NCBI RefSeq assembly: GCF_015062905.1
Contig: NZ_SUTK01000003.1
Location: 21,942-85,941 of the forward strand
Origin: Methanobrevibacter thaueri
Lineage (GTDB): Archaea > Methanobacteriota > Methanobacteria > Methanobacteriales > Methanobacteriaceae
Reading direction: 5' to 3'
Length of the DNA stretch: 64,000 bases
The notes under the pieces were generated by a model. The model was given only the letters and a program-made list of their open reading frames with translations. It had not been told where the DNA came from and ran no database searches. The first letter of the stretch is position 1. Each line of letters begins with the position of its first letter. Made by a program: the position numbers and the translations under genes. Shown one piece after another: positions 58,742 to 64,000 of this stretch.

Positions 58742-59965
58742 ATGAAAGCAAAAGCAGTTAAAATGGCAGATGGTGTTTATTGGGTTGGTGTAATCCATTG
58801 GCACAGCAGGACTTTCCATGGATATGGAATTCCAGGAACCACATACAATGCATATTTGGTATTCGGTGAAGAAAAAACCGTATTGATTGATAATGTTTAC
58901 AGAGGAATGTTCGAGCAGTTCGATGCAAGGGTAAAGGACGCATTCGAACAGGAAGGAAAAGAATTCAAAATTGACGTATTCGTTCAAAACCACTCCGAAA
59001 TGGACCATTCCACATTCTTAAGGCAAACCATAGAAGAGTACAATCCTGATGCTGAAATCTACGCATCACAAAATTGTATAAACTTCCTTGAAGCACAATA
59101 TCACAATTTCGGCGATTTGGAAATCAATGCCGTAGCAACCGGTGATGAGCTGGACATCGGAGGAAGAACCCTCAAATTCATTTCAGCACCAATGCTTCAC
59201 TGGCCTGACAGCATGTTCACACTGCTTGCAGAAGAAGGCATACTGTTCTCAAATGACGCATTCGGTCAGCATGTGGCTCATTCCAAAAGATTCGATGAGT
59301 TTTATGACACAAACTATCTTCTTAGGGAAGCACAGAAATACTATGCTAACCTGGTGACTTTAGGCTCCCCAATGCTTAGGATGAAACTGGATGAATTGAC
59401 CAATACAGGATTGATCAATGACATCAAGATGATTGCACCATGTCACGGTCAAATCTGGAAAAATCCGGCTCCAATCGTTGAAAAATACAAAGAATGGGGA
59501 TCAGGTGTATGTAAGGACAAAATCACAGTTATCTTTGACACCATGCATCACTCAACCGAGAAATTGGCTTATCAAATTGCTGAAGGTATCATGAGCGAAG
59601 GAGTTGAAGTTGCAATGTACTTCATGCAGGAAGATGGTCCTGATGACGTAATTACCGATATTTTGGACTCTAAGGCAATTGCACTCGGTGCTCCTACAAT
59701 GATGAACAAGCCGTTCCCAAGAATAGGTAACATGATGTACTGGCTTGACTGTGTCAACTTCAAAGGAACCGGAAGCGAGAAAAGCGCTTTGATATTCTCA
59801 TCCAAAGGATGGGGTGGAGGTGCTGTTGCAAAACTTCAACGTGACCTTGAGGAAGCAGGATTTACCGTAACCGATACATTGGATGTATTGTTCGTCCCTG
59901 ATGAGGATGTTTTAGCTGAAGCATTCGAAAAAGGTGTGGAACTCGCTCGTTCAATTAAGGAATAG
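58742..59965 (+). CDS. fprA: Flavodiiron protein (A-type flavoprotein)
   Basis: [33 protein letters not shown]-terminal flavodoxin domain. Confidence 0.92.
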   Translation: MKAKAVKMADGVYWVGVIHWHSRTFHGYGIPGTTYNAYLVFGEEKTVLIDNVYRGMFEQFDARVKDAFEQEGKEFKIDVFVQNHSEMDHSTFLRQTIEEYNPDAEIYASQNCINFLEAQYHNFGDLEINAVATGDELDIGGRTLKFISAPMLHWPDSMFTLLAEEGILFSNDAFGQHVAHSKRFDEFYDTNYLLREAQKYYANLVTLGSPMLRMKLDELTNTGLINDIKMIAPCHGQIWKNPAPIVEKYKEWGSGVCKDKITVIFDTMHHSTEKLAYQIAEGIMSEGVEVAMYFMQEDGPDDVITDILDSKAIALGAPTMMNKPFPRIGNMMYWLDCVNFKGTGSEKSALIFSSKGWGGGAVAKLQRDLEEAGFTVTDTLDVLFVPDEDVLAEAFEKGVELARSIKE

Positions 59966-59994
59966 TCAAAAGACTATTTCCCATTATTTTTTTT
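59961..59994 (+). terminator. Hairpin plus T-tract terminator after fprA
   Basis: AATAGTC-AAAA-GACTATT followed by T8. Confidence 0.5.
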
Positions 59995-60033
59995 AAAATC
60001 ATGATTGTTGTAAATCGCAACTAAGGTGATGAT

Positions 60034-60540
60034 ATGTCAAGCATTGTAATATATTTTTCAAGAAGTGGTGAAAACTACTTCGGAGGAGAACTCAAAAACA
60101 TTGAAAAGGGAAATACCGAAGTGATTGCCGAATACATCCAGGAACTGGATGGTGCAGACCTGTTTAAGGTTGAACCGGCAGTTGAATATCCTGCAGACTA
60201 CATGGAATGCATCGATGTTGCTCAAAAGGAACAGCAGGCAGATGCAAGGCCGGAAATCAGGGAAACTTTGGAGAGCATCGCTGAGTATGATACAGTATAC
60301 ATTGGATTTCCGAACTGGTGGGGCACATTGCCGATGCCAATGTTTACCCAATTGGAACAACTGGATTTTGCAGGAAAATCTGTAAAACCTTTTGTAACAC
60401 ATGAAGGATCAGGTTTCGGCTCATCACAAAAGGATTTGGCGAAACTGTGTGAAGGTGCAGACATTAAAAATGGTCTGTCAATTCCCGGCGCAAATGTATA
60501 TGATGCAAAGGAAACCGTAAAATCATGGATTGAAGATTGA
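60034..60540 (+). CDS. Flavodoxin (Flavodoxin_4-like)
   Basis: YFSRSGEN..GNT, GFPNWWGTLP, PFVTHEGSGFG; AGGTGA RBS. Confidence 0.88.
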   Translation: MSSIVIYFSRSGENYFGGELKNIEKGNTEVIAEYIQELDGADLFKVEPAVEYPADYMECIDVAQKEQQADARPEIRETLESIAEYDTVYIGFPNWWGTLPMPMFTQLEQLDFAGKSVKPFVTHEGSGFGSSQKDLAKLCEGADIKNGLSIPGANVYDAKETVKSWIED

Positions 60541-61221
60541 TTCAATTTTTAATTTCTTTTTTTATTATTTTATTAAAAAATCAATTTTGATATTAGATTG
60601 TTTTTGTCATATATTTTTTATATTTCTTTTCTAGAAAATGGTTTATGTAAATTATTTGCTATATTAGTTGAATGGTCTCGCATTTCTTATAGTTACTATT
60701 TAAATAATATTCATGAAAAAAAATATGTTTATATATTGTTATTTTTGTTATTTTGTTCATTTATTAATATTTTTTATTATCAAAAGTTTTAAATAATAAT
60801 TTATATTAATATATTTGTACGCAATAGTTATTTAAAGAAATATAGTTATTGTTAAAAAATGAATATTTTTTAAAAAATATTTATTTAAATGAAAAATCAA
60901 TTAATAAAAATTTGATTTACACATAATTTAAATAATATATAATGTGATTTATTCGTTAGATCAAATCTTAAAATAAATATAAAAAATCAAATGTACGCAG
61001 AATTTAGCTGAGAATGATTGGTATTTTTCGGTTTAGTGCTGTTGATAGTGTGCATGATTGGCCAGTGGCCAGTTCTGTTTCGTTATTAATGGGCATGCTG
61101 ATAATTGGGGATATTATTTATTAAGATGTTTAAATTAACTGGAAATAAATTTAATTTATATTATTAAATTATTGAATTTGATTAGTTTATATTTTGATTT
61201 GACTCTCATTTGAGGGAAAAA

Positions 61222-64000
61222 ATGAAATTTAATAAACTATTTAAAATTTTATTGGTATTGATTGTATTATTAGTATTTTTGAATGCTGTTGCGGCTTCAG
61301 ATGAAATGGATTCATTTGGGGTTGGAGCAGAAGATGGTAATTTGGCTGTAGAAAATAATGATGTTTCTGATGCTTTAAAATCTTCAGATGGAGATGTTTT
61401 GGGTGACGGAAACAGTTGGTATGTAGATGCAGGTGCTGCGACTGGTGGAGACGGTTCACAATCTAGTCCTTACTCTGATTTACAAAGCGCATTATCCAAT
61501 TGTAATGAGGGCGACGTTATTCACATAATGCCTGGAACATATAAAGGAACCTCTAATACAGGTTTGACAATCGGCGTTAACAACTTGACAATCGTTGCTG
61601 ATGAGGGAACACCTGTTTTTGATGGTGAAAACACTCGTCAGATCTTTAAGATTACAGGAAATAATGTTGTTTTAAAAGGATTGCAGTTGACCAAAGGTAA
61701 AACCACTAACGGTGGTGCATTATATCTTGATGGGGACAATATTTGTGTGGATAAATGTACAATAAATTCCAATAATGCCAACAATGGCAGAGGTGGCGGA
61801 ATTTATATTGCAGCCCATGAGGGTATTTCAATCATAAATTCAAAGATTAATGGAAATAAAGCCACTTATTTCGCCGCCGGAATCTATAACACTGGTTCAA
61901 ATACATTAATTGCAAATTGTAGTTTTTATGACTCAACTGCACGTAATGCCGGTGGAATTTATTCAGATAAAAAAATAAAAATTGTTAATTCAACTGTATC
62001 TTCAGCAAAAACTACTATTATAAACATATATGGTGGTGGAATTTATCTTCAGGGTGCACGTGCTTCAGGTTCATTGATTGATAATGTCAGATTCTCATCC
62101 TGTTATTCCGACCAGGGTGGAGCAATCGCGTTAAAGGACTGTGACAATATCACTGTCAACAATTGTGAAATTTCAAATTGTATAGCTATATCTATAAACG
62201 ATGTATATAATGGTGATGGTGCAGGAATTTGGATGAACGGAAAAAATAACGTTATCAACAATACTCGTATGCATGATAATAATGCACCAGGTTATGGTGT
62301 TGTGTATGTTCATGATTCCTCAGAAAACACTATAATTAATAATTGTTCATTCTATAGGAATACTGCAGATTATGATGGTTCAGCAATATACTCTATTGCT
62401 AGCAATGTAATAATAAATAATTCAGAGTTCGTTAAAAATCATTGTTCCAGATATGGTGGTGCAATATGTATCAAATATGGTGAGAATGATTCAGTCCTAA
62501 ACTCTAAATTTGAGGGTAATTATGCGGAAAAAGGTGGAGCTATTTATCTTGGACCCGGTGCCTATTGTAAAGATCCGAAAGTGGATAACTGTACCTTTGT
62601 AAACAATGGAGTATTTCCGAAACCTCCATTTGATAGAAATATGACTAAAGGTGGAGCAATATTTTCATTAGCTTACAATCCTACCATAACTAATTCAAAT
62701 TTCACTCATAATGTTGGACTTATGGGTGGAGCAATAGTGTTTGAGTATGGACACAATACCCTTGAAAATGATACTTTTGTAGGAAATATCGCTGAAAGAT
62801 ATGGTGGTGGAGCAATCTCCAGTACTAGGCAAGGCGATACCATAAACAACTGTACATTCATCAATAATCAGGCTAAAGGATATGGTGGAGCTATAGGTGC
62901 TGATTATCCGACAATCACAAATTCTAAATTTATTGGAAACACTGCTTTCCATGGTGGAGCGATTTGCACTATCCTTGCAAATGTTTCAAATTCAGAGTTT
63001 TATGACAATTCCGCTGATGATGGATGGTATATAGTGGCTGCTACTGAATTGATTGAAAACAATAACGTTCATCCTGGACAAGATTCCATTTCATTACATC
63101 ATACAAAGTATATGTACATGACTTATGATTCAAAAAAAGGAATAACATATGTGGATGGCTATACTGCATTTTGTGTTGAAGAAGATGCAGATGCTCCAAA
63201 ATATGGAGTAATGTGGGAAGATTTAAGGTTTTTACAAAACTCCTTATCTGAAGAGTATGTAGGTGAATATCTTAAAATTTTAATGTTCAAATATTGGAAT
63301 GATGAATCCGATTATGCATCATTCAGAGATATAATAAACATCTTCACTGATCATGATTTCAAAAGCAACAACAACGCGATTGTTAATGATGTCGTTTCAC
63401 TGTATGATTCCGGATTCAGAGTCCCAACCAATGGTGCATTAAGATTAAATGATGACGGAACCGTAGAGATTTTTAACTTCGGAGAAATAATTGTCCCTTC
63501 ATCAACTCAAAACGTATTCGTGTTCACTGTAAACAAGACAAACTTGACAGTTGAAAAAGAGGTTTTAACCAATCCTGTAGTAATCGGAAAACAGGTTGAC
63601 TTTAATATCACTGTTAAAAACACAGGGGAATGCAATCTTACATCAGTATGGATAAACGAAACAGGATTCAGCAATGGATTGGTATATGATTCATTCAGAT
63701 CCCCATTCAATTGGAATTATGATGCAACTAAAAATCTTTGGATACTGAACGAAACATTAGAAATCGGCAAAACTGCATTTGTTATTCTAACTTTCAATGT
63801 AACAGACTCAGGAATAATGGAGAACAACGTTTCTGTAGGATTTTCCAATCATACTTTCGGAAATGACACTGTCATTTTCCCGGTCTATATTCCGAATATG
63901 ACCGTAGAAAAAGTCTCTCTGACTCCGGAAGTTACAGTTGGAATGCCTGCGTTTTTCATGATTCGCATCAACAATACAGGCGAATGTGAATTAAGCAATA
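61222..64000 (+). CDS. Large adhesin-like surface protein, 3' partial (signal peptide, beta-helix repeats, candidate thioester domain, DUF11 repeats)
   Basis: MKFNKLFKILLVLIVLLVFLNAVAASD; WYVD..GDGS..SPY; many N.A..GGAI repeats; TVEK..F.ITVKNTG DUF11 units from 63541. Open to the window end, so absent from the ORF track; GAGGG RBS. Confidence 0.88.
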   Translation, partial: MKFNKLFKILLVLIVLLVFLNAVAASDEMDSFGVGAEDGNLAVENNDVSDALKSSDGDVLGDGNSWYVDAGAATGGDGSQSSPYSDLQSALSNCNEGDVIHIMPGTYKGTSNTGLTIGVNNLTIVADEGTPVFDGENTRQIFKITGNNVVLKGLQLTKGKTTNGGALYLDGDNICVDKCTINSNNANNGRGGGIYIAAHEGISIINSKINGNKATYFAAGIYNTGSNTLIANCSFYDSTARNAGGIYSDKKIKIVNSTVSSAKTTIINIYGGGIYLQGARASGSLIDNVRFSSCYSDQGGAIALKDCDNITVNNCEISNCIAISINDVYNGDGAGIWMNGKNNVINNTRMHDNNAPGYGVVYVHDSSENTIINNCSFYRNTADYDGSAIYSIASNVIINNSEFVKNHCSRYGGAICIKYGENDSVLNSKFEGNYAEKGGAIYLGPGAYCKDPKVDNCTFVNNGVFPKPPFDRNMTKGGAIFSLAYNPTITNSNFTHNVGLMGGAIVFEYGHNTLENDTFVGNIAERYGGGAISSTRQGDTINNCTFINNQAKGYGGAIGADYPTITNSKFIGNTAFHGGAICTILANVSNSEFYDNSADDGWYIVAATELIENNNVHPGQDSISLHHTKYMYMTYDSKKGITYVDGYTAFCVEEDADAPKYGVMWEDLRFLQNSLSEEYVGEYLKILMFKYWNDESDYASFRDIINIFTDHDFKSNNNAIVNDVVSLYDSGFRVPTNGALRLNDDGTVEIFNFGEIIVPSSTQNVFVFTVNKTNLTVEKEVLTNPVVIGKQVDFNITVKNTGECNLTSVWINETGFSNGLVYDSFRSPFNWNYDATKNLWILNETLEIGKTAFVILTFNVTDSGIMENNVSVGFSNHTFGNDTVIFPVYIPNMTVEKVSLTPEVTVGMPAFFMIRINNTGECELSN

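Noticed and set aside
58680..58751. N-terminal extension of the PHP ORF (likewise extensions at 22158, 11445, 13730, 14819 and 40235)
   Set aside because: The extensions run through promoter-like AT-rich DNA; downstream ATGs fit family N-termini or RBS spacing better.
60598..60792. 64-aa ORF in the adhesin leader
   Set aside because: TTG start, no RBS, and a Phe/Ile/Tyr bias that follows from AT-rich non-coding DNA.

Overview
AT-rich archaeal DNA, most likely from a Methanobacteriales methanogen of Methanobrevibacter type. The assignment is inferred from mtxX, DUF1890/DUF1894-metE, DUF2115, fprA, class III signal peptides and an adhesin-like protein. Positions 1-15.2 kb hold housekeeping and stress genes: hypB 3' end, DUF354, tRNA-Ala(GGC), methionine synthase operon, cbiF, two pilin-like genes, mtxX-uppS-tatD, a CDF transporter, a glutathione peroxidase homologue and a USP. 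Positions 15.2-57.6 kb form a ~42 kb cell-surface glycopolymer locus. It has four TagF-like CDP-polyol phosphotransferases, many GT2 enzymes, a GtrB/GtrA/GT-C cassette, further GT-C-like proteins, ugd, four acyltransferase-3 genes plus an unannotated remnant of a fifth, and an embedded amino-acid ABC transporter. Positions 57.5-64 kb hold DUF2115, a PHP hydrolase, fprA, a flavodoxin and the 5' part of a large adhesin that the ORF track misses. The best leads are: (1) a WbdD-like methyltransferase-kinase-coiled-coil protein and a shared coiled-coil plus S-x-S-W-K tail on several enzymes, suggesting a tethered ruler/capping system for an archaeal glycopolymer; (2) a candidate Cys-Gln thioester domain in the adhesin. 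I saw no CRISPR array, rRNA or transposase. All calls come from motif recognition by eye; no database searches were run.
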